Assembly: GCF_006345805.1 (NCBI RefSeq)
Contig: NC_042997.1
Location: forward strand, 63,240,001 to 63,304,000
Source: Octopus sinensis
Lineage: Eukaryota
DNA: 64,000 nucleotides
Direction: 5' to 3'
Position numbers and translations under genes: made by a program. This document shows positions 41,400 through 56,030 of the stretch, in pieces (positions within the stretch are counted from its first letter, which is position 1; the number at the start of each line of letters is the position of its first letter). Below the pieces are notes generated by a model that was given only the letters and a program-made list of their open reading frames with translations, ran no database searches and was not told the DNA's origin.

Positions 41400-41825
41400 T
41401 CAGAATTTACCATGGGACATGAGGACATCCGATACAAATCGTATGTATGCCGAGGGGTGAGTTTATGTTGGATGTCACGAGAGGAAATCGTTCCATCGGT
41501 GGAAACTCTTGCAAAGGAAATCAAAACATCAAGAGGCTGGAATGCTTCATTTTTTCTCCGATTCGATCAGGATCAAAGGCGAAATGGAAGGCACGTAAGA
41601 ATCGGTCAGGATCAAAAGATAAATGGAAGATACGAATGAGAAGCCAATGATTAAGCAACAGTGATGTCATGCCTCCTCAAATTTCTTCGCAGAGCTTAAG
41701 AGTCAATGCCGCTGAATATAGAGAGGTGTTGTGAGGCCCTTGATAAACACAATAGAAGGCTGCATGTCTTCCAACAAGATTCTGTTGTGTCTCTTAAGGC
41801 TAGCACAGCTCAATCAGGGATGTGT

Positions 41826-41871
<46 letters not shown>

Positions 41872-42060
41872 GAGAGAAAGAGATCAACACCTCCATAACA
41901 ACGTACAATTCATCAAATCTGCCATAACCCACACTATGTCCAATATTGAAGATCATGTGATTCGGGCGTGTCAGCACTGCACACTCTGCATTGAAGCAGC
42001 CATTGATGCAAATGTCGGATTCATTTAATAGGTGTAATAAACTGAGTCAGTATTTTAAAT
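41400..42060 (+). mobile_element. DD37D/maT-like transposase fossil interrupted by (GA)n
   Basis: SDVMPPQISSQSLRVNAAEY.EV; HVFQQDSVVSLKASTAQ; HVIRACQHC..IEAAIDANVGFI. Confidence 0.7.
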
Positions 42061-42135
42061 TATTCGTAACAATTTATTTTCACATAGTTTTTCTCTTTCT
42101 ATATACATACAAATGACCCAAAAGACTGATGTCCT

Positions 42136-42176
<41 letters not shown>

Positions 42177-42183
42177 TTGTGCG

Positions 42184-42214
<31 letters not shown>

Positions 42215-42298
42215 GTGCGTGCGTGCGTGTGTGTGTGAGTGTGCGTATATATGTATGGATGTTTGTGTATGTATATATATATATATACTCGATGACCG

Positions 42299-42359
42299 GA
42301 TAACTGAAGAGATGGCGGCGTGGGTTTCCGCCCCGACATCCGAAACTCGGAGTTTTATC
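42299..42359 (+). ncRNA. Type I hammerhead ribozyme (complete) in a solo unit of about 170 bp between (TA)n tracts
   Basis: GATAA CTGAAGA GATGgCGGcGTGG-gttt-CCGCcCCGaCATCc GAAA CTC-G-GAG TT TTATC; GUU triplet. Confidence 0.85.
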
Positions 42360-42502
42360 ATGGCTACCGAATAATTGTCACATATTATCTTTACAAATAA
42401 ATTCCTCTGTTATATTATATCGATGTCTCTTTCATCCTTCTGTCTTACCATTTCTATCAATATATATATAATATATATATATATTCAATATATATATATA
42501 TT

Positions 42503-42559
<57 letters not shown>

Positions 42560-44607
42560 ATATATATATAGGTATTAGTCGAATTAATCCTCTCCTCTAA
42601 ATGGCTTTAATTGAATATATCTTTTTTTTACGTGGAAGTAAATTGATGATAGCCTCGAATGTGGAACTTGACCCTAAACCGTGCAGAAACGTAATTGAAT
42701 ATTGACTCTGTGTGTGTATCACATTCAAGTGTAAATGTGCACCTATGTACATTAAAACGTTTACCGCATCTGTATATCATGAACCTTTGTGTACATTCTA
42801 CCACATGAAACATTGTACCTCAAACACACGAACTAGCATGCTGATATACACAGTCACTTACCTGTACGTAAGCACACGCAATATTTTATGTTAATTTGAG
42901 TATGCTTTATTTCTGACATTGGTTTTGCTTTGTACTGGGTTTTCTACGTTTGTACATGCTGAATTGTTACCTATTATTTACTACCATAGGTAAGAGAGGG
43001 ACAATATATTTGATGCAGAGAATAGTGAAATACTAATGAAAAATAAAAATTCCCATATGGAACAATATCAATAATTGACTAATATTGTTTTTTTCATTTT
43101 CCGTGAAAGACGAAAAGAATCCCTGGATATGTGTAGATTTTATTTTGTTCTTCGTCAATGAGATATAATTTTATTCAAGTTATATCCATAGAAACTGAAC
43201 ATTGCTCTTTTCAAACGAAAATATTCATCAAATGTAATGAAAAAAAGACAAAAATGCTTGCTATCGTTTCTTAAAGTAATGAGCTGTTGGCACCGCCCAT
43301 CTTTCTATTCGACCTTTTCTACAATCCCACTCTTTCATGAAAACTAAAGAACATATAACACACTGATACACACACCTCCACACACACACACACAAGTACG
43401 TACACATACACACACACATATTTAAATCGAATTCATCAGCTTCTACTGACTTAAATTCAAATAATTAAAATTTTATGGTAGAAGTAAAATACGTGATTCT
43501 ATACTGTGATCTCTTACAAACACACAAGTTCAGGCGGTTTTCTTTTTTAGGAAAGTAAAGTATAGTCGATTAAATCGATGCTAGTATTTGGCAAGCGCTT
43601 ATATTATCGATCGTGGAAGTATCAACGGTAATACCACCCCTAGCAGAATTTGGATTCAGAACACAGAATGATACAATCAAAGACTTGAAGCTAGTCTCTC
43701 ACTTTATAGATTCTCCCACGCATTTCAATTCTGATTTAAATTAATCACTGTTACATGTGAAGTATTTCCCTTTATTTGCATTACTTCATTGTTCACAGAA
43801 GAAATAGATGAACACGAACAATTAAAAATGCCACCTTAATAGTATAAAAGATTAAAATCTTTATCTTAACTTAAGAATTATTCGCAGTCATTCAAAACTG
43901 GTAATCGTGCAAATTAGCATATGACGTTCACGTTTGAAATTTATGAGCAAATAAATCAAAGTAGAAGAAATTTTAAGATGACATACTAATACTCTTATCA
44001 TATACATCTTCATAAATATTCATTTCTACTTGAAGGTTAACACAATAAATACAGTTACACATATTCTTGTGAAAAAAGCTGTGGTAGAGACTGTTAGCAA
44101 ATAGTGACAAGGAGATAGAAAATATACAAAAATAAAGAAGAAAAAATATATAATTGTGCATATCATTAACACGTAGATTAGTGTACATGTCTACCGCATT
44201 GATTAATAATATGCTTCCAAAGAATGAATGTATTCCCAACATCCAAACTCAGTAACCAACTCTAGGTGTTAGAGAGTTTTGGCTTTTACTCAAAAGACAT
44301 CATTAATTGTCATAGTAAAAGACATGTCGTATACAGCTTTTTTCTCGAAGTAAATATATATAATACTCTGCTAAGAATAGTGTCCTATCTAGTAGTAGAA
44401 ATATACGTACTTCCAAGTTTTTGTCTATGCTTCGGTCATATGTGAGTAGATAATTGAAAAAGAATGGAGTCAACAAAAAGGAGTACGTTTCGACATTTAT
44501 TTTCAATCACTACACACAACGTAGTTCTCCAGACTTTCAGGTGTTTAATTATACAGCCGACTCCTGCATTGTGAGATGCAGTTGTGTTTCCTCAGGTGAT
44601 ATATAAA

Positions 44608-44790
44608 TATTCTTTTCTATTCTAGGCACTATGCCCGAAATATTTGGAGAGGGAGGCCAGTCGATTAGATCGACCCCAGTACGCAACTGGTACTTAATTA
44701 ACTGACGCCGAAAGGATGAAAGGCAAAGTCGACCTCGTCGGAATTTGAACTCAGAACTTAAAGACAGACGAAATACCGCTAAGCATTTCG
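44608..44790 (-). mobile_element. SINE family B
   Basis: Close reverse-complement match to 17050-17180 and 32640-32790. Confidence 0.85.
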
Positions 44791-44884
44791 CTATATAAAT
44801 ATTGTCTCCGTAATTTCGAATTCCCGGCTTCAAGAGCATCCTCTCGGTCTGTCGTGGCCTGAAGTTAGTGGTAGTAATTTTTTC

Positions 44885-44928
<44 letters not shown>

Positions 44929-44955
44929 TGTATATATATATACATATATACATAC

Positions 44956-44996
<41 letters not shown>

Positions 44997-47900
44997 GTAT
45001 ATATATATATATGTATGTGTGTATGTATAAATATATATGTATATACATACATACATACATACATACATACATACATACATAATACATACATACATACATA
45101 CATACACACATACATACATATATACATGCATACATATATACTGGGTTGGCAACTACGTTCCCGCGGTTTTTTTAAAATTTGGAATTTAGAGCGTTTTTAA
45201 ATTTTGGAATCTACTTTTTTCGAGAATTCTATTTGGGAATCATTTTGGTTTGGATATCATGGTCGCACTTTCGTGTCACTTCTGAAACATTAAATATTAT
45301 GTGTATTCAAATATTGTATGAGCCATCAGCTAATTTGCAATAGTACCGCATAGGTAAAATAAATTCTAAGTACGCAAGGTAAGCAGCTATATAATGAAGG
45401 CAAAATTATCAATACAACTTAATGCATGTGTAGTGTTTGAATGCCAGAAGCTGCAGTTTTCCCTAAGTATGTATTTATCTACATTTGATGCATTCTCATG
45501 TAGAGTTTGACCTGCATGCATACATATGTTCGATGAAATGGATATTTTATCTATTGAATGAGCGCCTGGATTGACTTGCAGTCCATAGAAATATGTATCT
45601 TTAACGAAAGTTTCGAGTAGTATATACGTGAAAATGCAGATACATTCCATCTGAAGGGTTTCTGCGCATTTTTCTTTACCTAAATTCGCTCACAAGTGTT
45701 GCTTTGACCTGGATCAATGAGACATGCACTTGCCCAAGACATCAAGCAGTAGGATCAGGCCCAGTATCACATGCTTGCGAAGGAAAATCATTAACTACTC
45801 AATAGTGCCTGCCTCCAGGCAAAAAATTCTCTGCTGGCGATTATGATCTTTGCACCTTTGTAAGAAATGATACCATTGGAAATTTCCGAATTTGGCGTGA
45901 TTTCTAGTTGATAACAGAGAATGGAAATAACCACTAGCGCCAGTTGTGTAGAAAATATACATTTTCTATTTATTGCTATAAGCTTGGTTGTTTGGATAAG
46001 ATCATATTCTGAGGAGAGAAGAGAAATATGACATTAGAAATGTTCACTAACAATGGAATACGAACTCACCCAACCTTCTAAATTTCACTGTAAAATTTTT
46101 CCACCAAAGGTTACTACATAATCCCTGGCATACACGTACGAGCACACCCCCGCACACAAACACACACACGCACAAACACACACACAACACACACACACAT
46201 ACACACACAAATACAATCACGCACATACATGCATACTCACACTTACATACAGGCATATTCACACGTATATTTGCACGTAAACTCGTTTTGAATCTGAATT
46301 TATCTGGTTATGATATCGAATTTTGTATATAGTAATTATTTAGTAGTGCATGTTCATGACTCTATCTTGTATGTATAGATATATACATATATTCACACGC
46401 ATATGTATTCATGCATGTATTTGTGTATGAACACATATACATACACATGTGTATATACCAGAAAAAAATCACAATATTTTAAATTTATTTCTTCCAAAAG
46501 AAAACATTTTTTTATTTTGCCCCAGAATATAAATAGATTCTCTTTATTTTCTTTTGCATCGTAGCAAATTGAAATATCTTGGATTTTCATCAGAATGAAC
46601 AAAAAATATCAACGATCGTGAAAACTATTAAAAAATATTACGTAAAAATTACACAGAACATAAATTATCGAATAAAAAATTGCTCGTACGCTCTTTGACA
46701 TTTCCTGGGAAATTTTGTAAAAAATATTGTACTAATTGATATAATTACTATAATCGAATTATATTTCTAATTAGTAACTTCTCAGAATTTTCATTGCAAC
46801 AATTTTTAGCATGCACTATACGTTAAATTCATACAAAACACAATTTTCTGCAACAAGCTTAGAACAAGACATTTTTGTTGTTACCAACTCAGGATTATAT
46901 AATATACAATAGATTAGGCGAAATAAAATATGATGCGAAATTAATCAAGGAATTCTGAAACATTTCCCTTTGCCTCGTTCATGCCCATCGCAAATAAAAT
47001 GCGTATTGGGAACTGAAATCGCTTAAATTAGAAAGAGCTAGTAAGGATCCGGCCTTTACCAAGGGATTATATCAGGTCTAGCGGCTATGCAGAGACACTA
47101 TAGGACGCTTGACTCAAGAACATTCCGCTTCTTTCTATTTAAATGTCCTTTTGCTTGGACAGTATTTCGGGAATTGTGTATCGGCAGAAATTATTACAAA
47201 GCTAGTTCTAGTGCTGTCATCTCTCTCTCACCCTCTCTCCCTGCCTATTTCTCTCTGCAGATGTCACATCCTAGATGTTCTTTTGAGTAAAGGTTTATAT
47301 CTAGTTGCCTTGGCATAGACACCTAAAGCAATTAAGGAAACTATGGCATAAGCTCCTTTTGAATGATGAATGTAACAGTAATATAAGGTAATACATATAC
47401 ATAATTACGTGTGTCTGTGTGTAAATGTATGTATATATGAATGTACTCACACACAAACACACACATTCACACACACGCACATGTGTATAAGTATATATAT
47501 GGTGTGGTATCTTACTTAATGTGTGTTCAGTAACATACAGTTTCCTAACGATCATCCCACTGTATAGCCTCCTGTGTGAAGGGCCAAAGCTGAAAACTAC
47601 CAGCAGCTTCGTCTAACTGTCCCCATCACCTGTATCTCTATTGCCAATAGGACAGAAAGAAATCTTTCGAATCTTTAGCTGTTCATCAAAGAGAAGGTAA
47701 CTCGAGACAAATTCTGCAGCCTGATCGTCACTGGGTTTTTGCCACTTGTTGCACCAGACCAATACGTTTGATGGACGAGTGATTGGGACTGCTTTTGCAC
47801 TAACTACGCTCACTATAATGATATTCATCATGAAAACCAACAGTAGCGGCAGGATCATCAACAGAGACCAGAGACCAGAAGAGTTGTCACAACCACTATA

Positions 47901-49457
47901 CTGAAAACGTGTCCAACTCCACAGCTTACTGAAACACAAATTGGCAAACGCATACGTACACTTTCCCCTATGCCACAGGCCTTTCCAATTCGTCAATTGC
48001 ATCGTGTAATGAGAAGTTTCTAGGTGTCTTTTATTTACGGTGTATAGAAGATAAAAGAGAGATAAAGAACGGCAACAACAAATTTTTTATCTGAAGGCAC
48101 AACGGGGTCGCAAATACTTCGCCAACTAGTCATACACCCAAACCACCACTGTCAGTACAATCAGGAAAACCTCACCTATACCACGCCGCCACCATCACTA
48201 CCACCACTGTTACCACCGTTGCCAGCAGAGCAACAACAATAAAATGTAGAACGGCAGCATCAAGAATAACAGTTAAATCTCGAAACGTATCACTAACAAA
48301 AACAGCAGGAAGAACCAATAGTCAAAATCACAAGCACCACTCGCTTCGGCTTCCCTGTTGTAAAAAGAATTATGAGTGAGTTGATGTAGTGTATAACAAA
48401 ACAACAGTAACAACATCTGAATAAAAATTCGAACAAAATTTGATGTTTTTCTAAAGAAAATTCTCTAAAAGTAGACTTCTGGCTGCGAAGATATATGGTT
48501 CTTATATGTCCTCGAGGTAACAATTACAACACTTCGAAATTTCCCGCGATCGAATAGTCAAATATCTTTTGAAATGTCCTTCAAAGGAAACTTCCTCACT
48601 GTGCAGTGTTCCCATAACTTCTAATCAATGTGAGTATACTTAGATTAAAGACAGTCATTGAAACAAATCCATAGTAAATATTTATATGTGGAAACACGTA
48701 ATTGCTTGTTTACACAAGCATAATTGAGTAAAAGGAAATATGTACAGACAACCGGGTATAGATGATAGAAAATACGTACGCACTTGCACATATGCAAGCA
48801 AACCTGGAAATCAAAGTCATTTCAAAAACACCAGCTAAAGGTTTCATATATCGCATAAAAGTATGTGTTATCTTCACAAAAAGCACTGATGCGTTTAGGC
48901 CAACAAGCTTACACAAATCGTATAAAAAGTAGAAGAAAATAATAAAAGCAGTAACACCTATTAAAAGGAAAACCAGTACAAAAAACAACTAATGCTTTCA
49001 GTTGTAATATAATTCTGTTAATTAATCACATTTCTTCACCTTCATTAATTAATACACTTTTCTTGATTATCCACGTGAACAAGTTTGAATGATTACTAAT
49101 AGCTATATGTACTCATTTGTTTTCCATATGTTAATTCTGAGTCGCACCCAGAATCGCCAGAAGCTAAAGGAAGTAATTATAACGTTAATGATTGTAATAG
49201 AACAGTTTGCTACTTTGGTAATTATGAAGTTCCAGTCGCAAATTATACTGGTTGATTATCAACACTTGACACCTCTTCCCCGAAATGATTTAAAAAAAAA
49301 AACTTTTCTGAACCTAAAAGAAAACAGGATCTTTCATTTACAAAGCCCTAACTGTTAGTGAATAAATTGATATCCTTCTTAGAAAAGCTCCAGCCTAATC
49401 AGGAAAAGGAGTAATTCATGACTGTTCCGTAACAGTTACTAGTTATATTATTAGTTA

Positions 49458-49488
<31 letters not shown>

Positions 49489-49631
49489 CTTCTTCTTCTT
49501 CTTCTTCTTCTTCTTCTTCTTCTTCTTCTTCTTCTTCTTCTTCTACTTCTTCTTCTACTTCTTCATCATCATTTTTTCCTTCGTCATCTCTTTCATTTCT
49601 TCGTCATCTCTTTATTATTATTATTATTATT

Positions 49632-50185
49632 GAGTGAGAGAGCAGTTCATGCCATCAAAGTGACACTGGGGTAAAATATACGAAGCCCAATATACCCATC
49701 ATGACTACCCGTCTGATAAAGGTACACCAGGCACATGCATCACAACCATATGTGCGCGACATGGTGATCTCATATCAAGATAAACAGCACATGACCTTGC
49801 AGGTGGGGCCCAGTTAGAATTTTCTTCAGGTTGAGTAGCCCATCCCGCTTAAACGGTCCCTGAATAAGGGTTGTTTAAGGATGTTGAAAGAACCACCCAT
49901 GTTTCCAGAGGTGAACTATTCAAACCCCAAAGAATCCCTCTCAACACATGGCTATGATGCTCCCCCACTACTTCTGCTCGTGATCAGAGATGCACATATC
50001 GTCAGCCACTAAGGGACATGCTCAACTGGTTATGGTCAAACAACTGACAAGCAAATCTGTGGTATTGAGCAGAATATTTGCTGTAGCCCATCTTTTATAC
50101 CAAGACAAAACAATGTACATGATAACACTTCCAATCAGTTAAGATCAGAAGCCATGAGAGCCAATGCCTGGTACTGCATCAGGGC
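49632..50185 (-). mobile_element. Non-coding element of about 550 bp inserted in (ATT)n, copy 1 (strand inferred)
   Basis: Collinear with 51408-51940 and 50431-50543; bounded by (ATT)n on both sides; no ORF. Confidence 0.8.
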
Positions 50186-50671
<486 letters not shown>

Positions 50672-50769
50672 GACTTGAGTCAGAAATTCTCTTATTCCTG
50701 ATAGAATTCGCTAGGGATGTACGTTTCTACCTTAGACATCTCTATGAATTCACTAAGCCATACACAATG

Positions 50770-51345
50770 TGTTCAAAACTGATAATCTTTACTGTTCCTA
50801 AGAGGCAAATCGTCTTTAGAAATTCTACTCACTGTCCTTAATGCAGCAATTATCACTGGTATAATCTTTACACATTTCATGTTCCAAATCATTGCAACCT
50901 GAAACTTGAAGGGATTTTATTTTTTAGTGTATTTTTTACAATCCTGGAATCACATTTGCATGATAGATCATGCAGAAAACAAACACCCTTTTCTTTGTCT
51001 ATTATTATAATATCAGGCTTGTTATTTTCAATCCGTTTAAAATGTAAAATTCCACAAAATCTTGTATGTTTGCTACATAAGTACATTTTCTACCCGGGCT
51101 TGAAAACCTCATTTCCGAGAAAGCACCCAGTGTGATACTTTCTCAACTTGATCATACATCCATTTCTTATATTCTCCGTGGATTAACTTCGGGCATTTTG
51201 CAACCACAGGTGTTATTGTTTCATCCCAAATTCCACATAATATACATTTAGCCACAATCTTCTCTAGTTGTTCTAGCGCTTTATTTTTAGCTGTTGTAAA
51301 TAACGCTCTCTGCTTCTTTCTTCAAGTACCCTTTTTTCAACCAAG
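50770..51345 (-). mobile_element. R4/Dong-type RLE retrotransposon fragment
   Basis: Minus strand: CNICGIWDETITP..CKMP..; KRIENNKPDIIIIDKEKGVCFLHDLSCKCD. Confidence 0.75.
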
Positions 51346-51407
51346 CTCGTGATTTTGTTCTACATTAATCCTCAGTTGCTTCTCAAAAACATATTATTAT
51401 CGTTATT

Positions 51408-51940
51408 GAGTGAGAGAACAGCGTATGCCATCAAAGTGATACTGGGGTACAAATACACGGAGCTCAGTATACCTATCGTAACTACTCGCCTGATAAGCGT
51501 ACACCAAGCACATGTATCAGAACTATACGTGCGCAACATAGAGATTTCATATCAAGATAGACAACGCATGACCTTACAGGTGAGACCCATGTAAAGAAGT
51601 AGCCCATCCTGCTCAAAAGGTCCCTGAATGAGGTTGTTTAAGGATAATGAATGGAACATCCTACTTTCCAAAGGTGAATTATCCAAACCCCAAAGAATTC
51701 CTCTTAACACATGGCTATTACGCTTCCCCACTACTCCTGCTCGTGATCAGAGATGCACATATCGTCAGCCACTGAGGGACATGCTCAACTAGTTAAGGTC
51801 AAGCAACTGATAAGCAAATCTGTGGTACTGACTAGGATATTTGCTGTAGCCCATCTTTTATACCAAGACAAAACATGTACATGATAACAATTCCAATAAG
51901 TTAAGATCAAAAGCCATGAGAGCCATTGCCCGGTATGGTA
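51408..51940 (-). mobile_element. ATT-element copy 3 (more diverged)
   Basis: Collinear with 49632-50185; ATT-rich flanks. Confidence 0.8.
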
Positions 51941-52559
51941 CCATGTCATTCATTATTATTATTGTTGTTATTATTAGTATTATCATTACTATTGTTCATC
52001 ATCATGTTATCATAATCATTATCATTATTGAGTTATTGTTATTATTTTTGTTGTTGATGTTCTTTTCTCCCTCTTATTATTACTGATAGTAGTGGTGATG
52101 GTGATTGTGGTGGTTGTGGTAGTTAGGGTGGTAGTTTTAACGTAAATGTGCAGGTAAAAGACAGGAAAAAGCATTCCAAATACAAAGACCTTGAAATAGA
52201 GATATCTCGAATGTGTTAATGGAAAACAGAATCAATAAGCATCAGAGAATTTAGGAATGATTAAAACAAGACGCATAGAAATTTATATGCAGAACACCCA
52301 CACTAATACGCTTATACAACACTGTCATACATAAATGTTGACTATTCTAATGCATTAAAATAGTAAAATACAATGACAGACATTGCACTTACCCAAGGCT
52401 TATATTACAATATTTGATTACGCAACAATAAAAAAAGTTAAGACACAATGATCAATACAAATATAGTAACTCAGTTATAATAGAAGCTGTAATGGCATCA
52501 ACGATGATGATGGTGGTGGTGAAGATGATTATGACAACAACAGCAAAAACAACAATGAT

Positions 52560-52770
52560 GGTTTCAAATTTTGGCAGAAAGCCAGCAATTTCGGGGGACG
52601 GAGTAAATCGATTACATCGACCCCAGTGTTCAACTGGTATTTATTTTATCGACTCCGAGAGGATGAAAAGCAAAGTCGACCTCGATGGTATTTGAACTCA
52701 GAACGTAAGGGCGGACGAAATACGGCAAAACATTTTGCTCGGCGCTGTAACGATCCTGCCAACTCACCGA
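52560..52770 (-). mobile_element. SINE family B
   Basis: tcgattacatcgaccccagt..ggatgaaa..aaagtcgacctcg..tttgaactcagaacgtaa..cctgccaactcacc. Confidence 0.85.
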
Positions 52771-52829
52771 TGATGATGATGATGATGATGATGATAACGT
52801 TGATGATCATAATGATAATAATGTGATTA

Positions 52830-53330
52830 CTTGGCACAGGTAGAGTACAACATGATAATATTGCCAGATTTATCCATCGGATGCTAGCTGAGAGATGTAA
52901 GTTTGTCACGGCAGCTAAATGGTTTGAGCAGAAACAAAAGGAGGAACAAGTGAATGACAGATTTAAACTTTTGTGGTATTTCGACATTCAGTGTGATAGA
53001 ATGATTGAACAAGGCCAGTGAGTATGGTTGTCATCAAAAAGGAAAAGGGGTCTAAATTATCGATAACTCTATCCCGGGATATAAGTAGATGAAATATAAA
53101 GAGCCTGAAAAATTTGGAGAAGTATGAGCCTCGGAAGGAAATGTTTGGAGTGTTGTTGTTGGGGGGGGGGTAAGAAATTTTTAGGGATTCCTGTGGTAAT
53201 TGGAGCATTGGGATGCATAACGAACAGCTTCGAAGACTACGTAAATGGAATCGGAATTGATGCAAGGTTAAGGGGCATGCAACAGACAGCAGTTCTTCGT
53301 AAAGCGGGGTTTTAAGGAAAGTTTTATCTA
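52830..53330 (+). mobile_element. R4/Dong-type RLE retrotransposon 3' fragment
   Basis: HDNIARFIHRML..KWFEQK..FKLLWYFDIQCDRMIE; IPVVIGALGCI..MQQTAVL; follows ATG/TAA-type repeats. Confidence 0.8.
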
Positions 53331-53460
53331 AGTAAGGCATATGAGAGTAAGCATTAAATGTACAAGTCATGTTACATAAATTATTGTGTTTTATACGTAA
53401 CTGTGATTTTAAAAAATGTTAACACATTTTCCCTTGTATCTATGGCTGTTTGCATGTGTA

Positions 53461-53658
53461 CGAGGGGGAGCTGAGAAGTTCCTGGCTTTGGGTAAAATAA
53501 CAAACACGAATATTCAACATGTTCCCTTTTCAAATTCACACACTTATTTCAGCTGTCCTTTAGTTTTTCTAACCCCCGTAAAAGAATTCGAAAGTTTAGG
53601 CTTCCAACCAGGCCTTTCGTCATAGCCTTAAAACCAAGAACTTTTCAGCACCCTCTCC
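53461..53658 (-). mobile_element. mariner-derived MITE (copy 2)
   Basis: TIRs CGAGGGGGAGCTGAGAAGTTCCTGGCTTT / AAAACCAAGAACTTTTCAGCACCCTCTCC, TA TSD. Confidence 0.85.
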
Positions 53659-54556
53659 TATAGTTTTATAAATGTTTGCATCCGTGAATGTATATACATG
53701 GTTGTTTACTCATAATTATTAATTGTTTCATGTGCAATTATTTCACACATTTGTACAATATATATTTTATCAATATATTGTGCACGTTGTTTGGATATGA
53801 GAGTATCAAAATCTATGTAAAAAAATGTATCATGTTTAAGCTAATATATCATTATTCAAACTTTGTATCTATGAGAGATTCATTAACCTCTGGAGGGAGG
53901 GTAGTGTTATGGCGTTTGTATGTCCTCCAAATATGTTTGATCTAAAACACATTTACTTGCAAGGTTTAAATGTGAACATTTGCAGTCATATTGAATATGA
54001 TAATAGAATTCATGTGCTGCTGATGATATTTTCAGCCGCCCACTATCTATAGATGGTTCAGATAATTTACCGTTTCACTTACAATACATATAGAATATAT
54101 TTGAAGTATCTGATAACTTGTTTCCTCATATGAATCAGGTTTCTTTCCGAGCCTTCGACATAGAATCAACATCAATTTACAGAACATACCTATCAAAGAT
54201 ATATATATTGTCTAAATATTATTTCAAAATTGTTAATTCCTATCTAGTAGCTCCTAATCATTCGAGTTTTGAAGATGGCTTAAAGAAATGTATGAAACGA
54301 TATACACAGACAATTACAATCTTGGAAGTATCTTGAAATATATTAAATAACTCATGATGCAATAGAGGAACTGATACACAATTTGATTCGGTTAGTATAA
54401 AACGCATAATATATTAGATGTATGTAGTGATTATCAAGTGTCAAACGTTTCTGTTAGTTTTATGATGAACCTTCCTTAATAACATTACATTTCTGGTTCA
54501 GATGTGAGTATACTGCTAGGTTACCTTGAAAATCCATATTTTGATAAGGAATCGTC

Positions 54557-54790
54557 ATTGTCTTGTTTCAGTCATCAGACATCGTACGCCGTGTGGCACC
54601 GCCTGTAAGTATTTTAGTCGTACGAATCGACCTGAGGATTTAGTTTTTTTTAAAGCTCGGTACTTATTATATAGGCCTCTTTTGTTGAGTCGCCGTCGAA
54701 CCGCTATGTTACATGGACGTAAATCCACCAATACTGAAAGTGAAGCGGTGCTGGGGGCCAAACACAAAAGCGCAGACACATACATACATA
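54557..54790 (-). mobile_element. SINE family A, 3' half
   Basis: cttgtttcagtcat..ggcaccgcc..ttagtcg..ggtactta..gaaccgcta.gttac. Confidence 0.7.
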
Positions 54791-55845
54791 AATACACACA
54801 TGCACGCGCGCGCGCACACACACACATAATGTGGCATTGCTTTAACAAATAGTAAAGCACTCGATAAGCTAAGAGAATAAAGATAATGTTATAAGAAAAA
54901 AAACACAAGTTATGCCATATAGAGTTACCCTGGGTTTCCTGATCGTAATAGAAAATTTATTTTCGAGTTAAAAGCAAGACCGTTTACCAGTTGACTTTTG
55001 AGGAGATATCATTTAAAGAAGAGATGCTGGAAAAGAAGAAATCAAGAAAAACACGAGGGAGAGAACCTACATTTCAATAATTTGTTTTCAAACCGACGTA
55101 AACAAAATGTTTACTAAATGCCCGGTGATCTACTTTTAAATTGTGATGGGACGTACTTCTTGAAATGCACACAAAAACATTCTTTCATGAATTTTATGTA
55201 TTCGCTAGAGGTTCTCAAGTTTTTAATGTACAATATTTCACAATCTTTCAATCAACAAACAGTTTTTCAAGCGAACATGTTTTTGTACTCGTTAATATAG
55301 GGTCTGGGTTTGGAGATCATTTAAAATCAAGGTAATTGATCCTGAAATTACACTCAGGGTTAGCATTTATAGTCGTAAAATTCCAGTATACAATGTTTAA
55401 CAATAGTTATCCGATCGTTAGAAACATTCTACAAGCGCATTAGATCCGCCCCCAAAAGGCTGAGTTCTGTGACCCTGCCAACTATCAATCCATATCGCTC
55501 CCCTCTATCAGAGACGAAAGAAGCATTCATTATCTTTTACCTTTTCCAAAATCTTAAATGCTTTACCCTCACCAAAAATCGTGTAAGTCATCCTATTGAG
55601 TTATGAGTAATAAGTAATTAAAAGTATGAAATTCATTACATGTGACAAGACTCTCAAATACTGATTATATTCTCGGACATTTCAAATTTCATTCGTAGAA
55701 TAGTTAAAAATGCCTCAAAAACACTTTGCATAGCCGGAAATTATAAGAGCAATGGTCAGTTTGCCGATCAACTAAGGCCAATGTTAGAGCTTATTCTCAC
55801 AATCGGAAATGTCCTGCCGCTGCTTATGCTAATATTACATAACAT

Positions 55846-56030
55846 AGGGTGGAGATCTGGCAGAGTTATTAACATGACGGGCAAAATGCATGGTGGCAAT
55901 TTGTCCGTGTTTAAGTTCTGAGTTCAAATTTCGCCGAGGTCGACTGCATCTTTCATCCTTTCGGGATCGGTAAAATAAATACCAGTTGAGTACTGGAATT
56001 GATGTAATCGACTTAAACCCTTCCTGGAAA
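55846..56030 (+). mobile_element. SINE family B
   Basis: ggtggagatctggcagag..gttctgagttcaaatttcgccgaggtcgac..catcctttcgggatcg. Confidence 0.85.

Noticed and set aside
47550-48030. 129-aa ORF in a GC-balanced segment
   Set aside because: No recognisable domain; probably a LINE UTR or other repeat fragment that I cannot classify
50120-50185. Ribozyme at the end of the ATT-element (gccCTGATGcagtacc on the minus strand)
   Set aside because: Neither a hammerhead nor an HDV fold could be completed by hand
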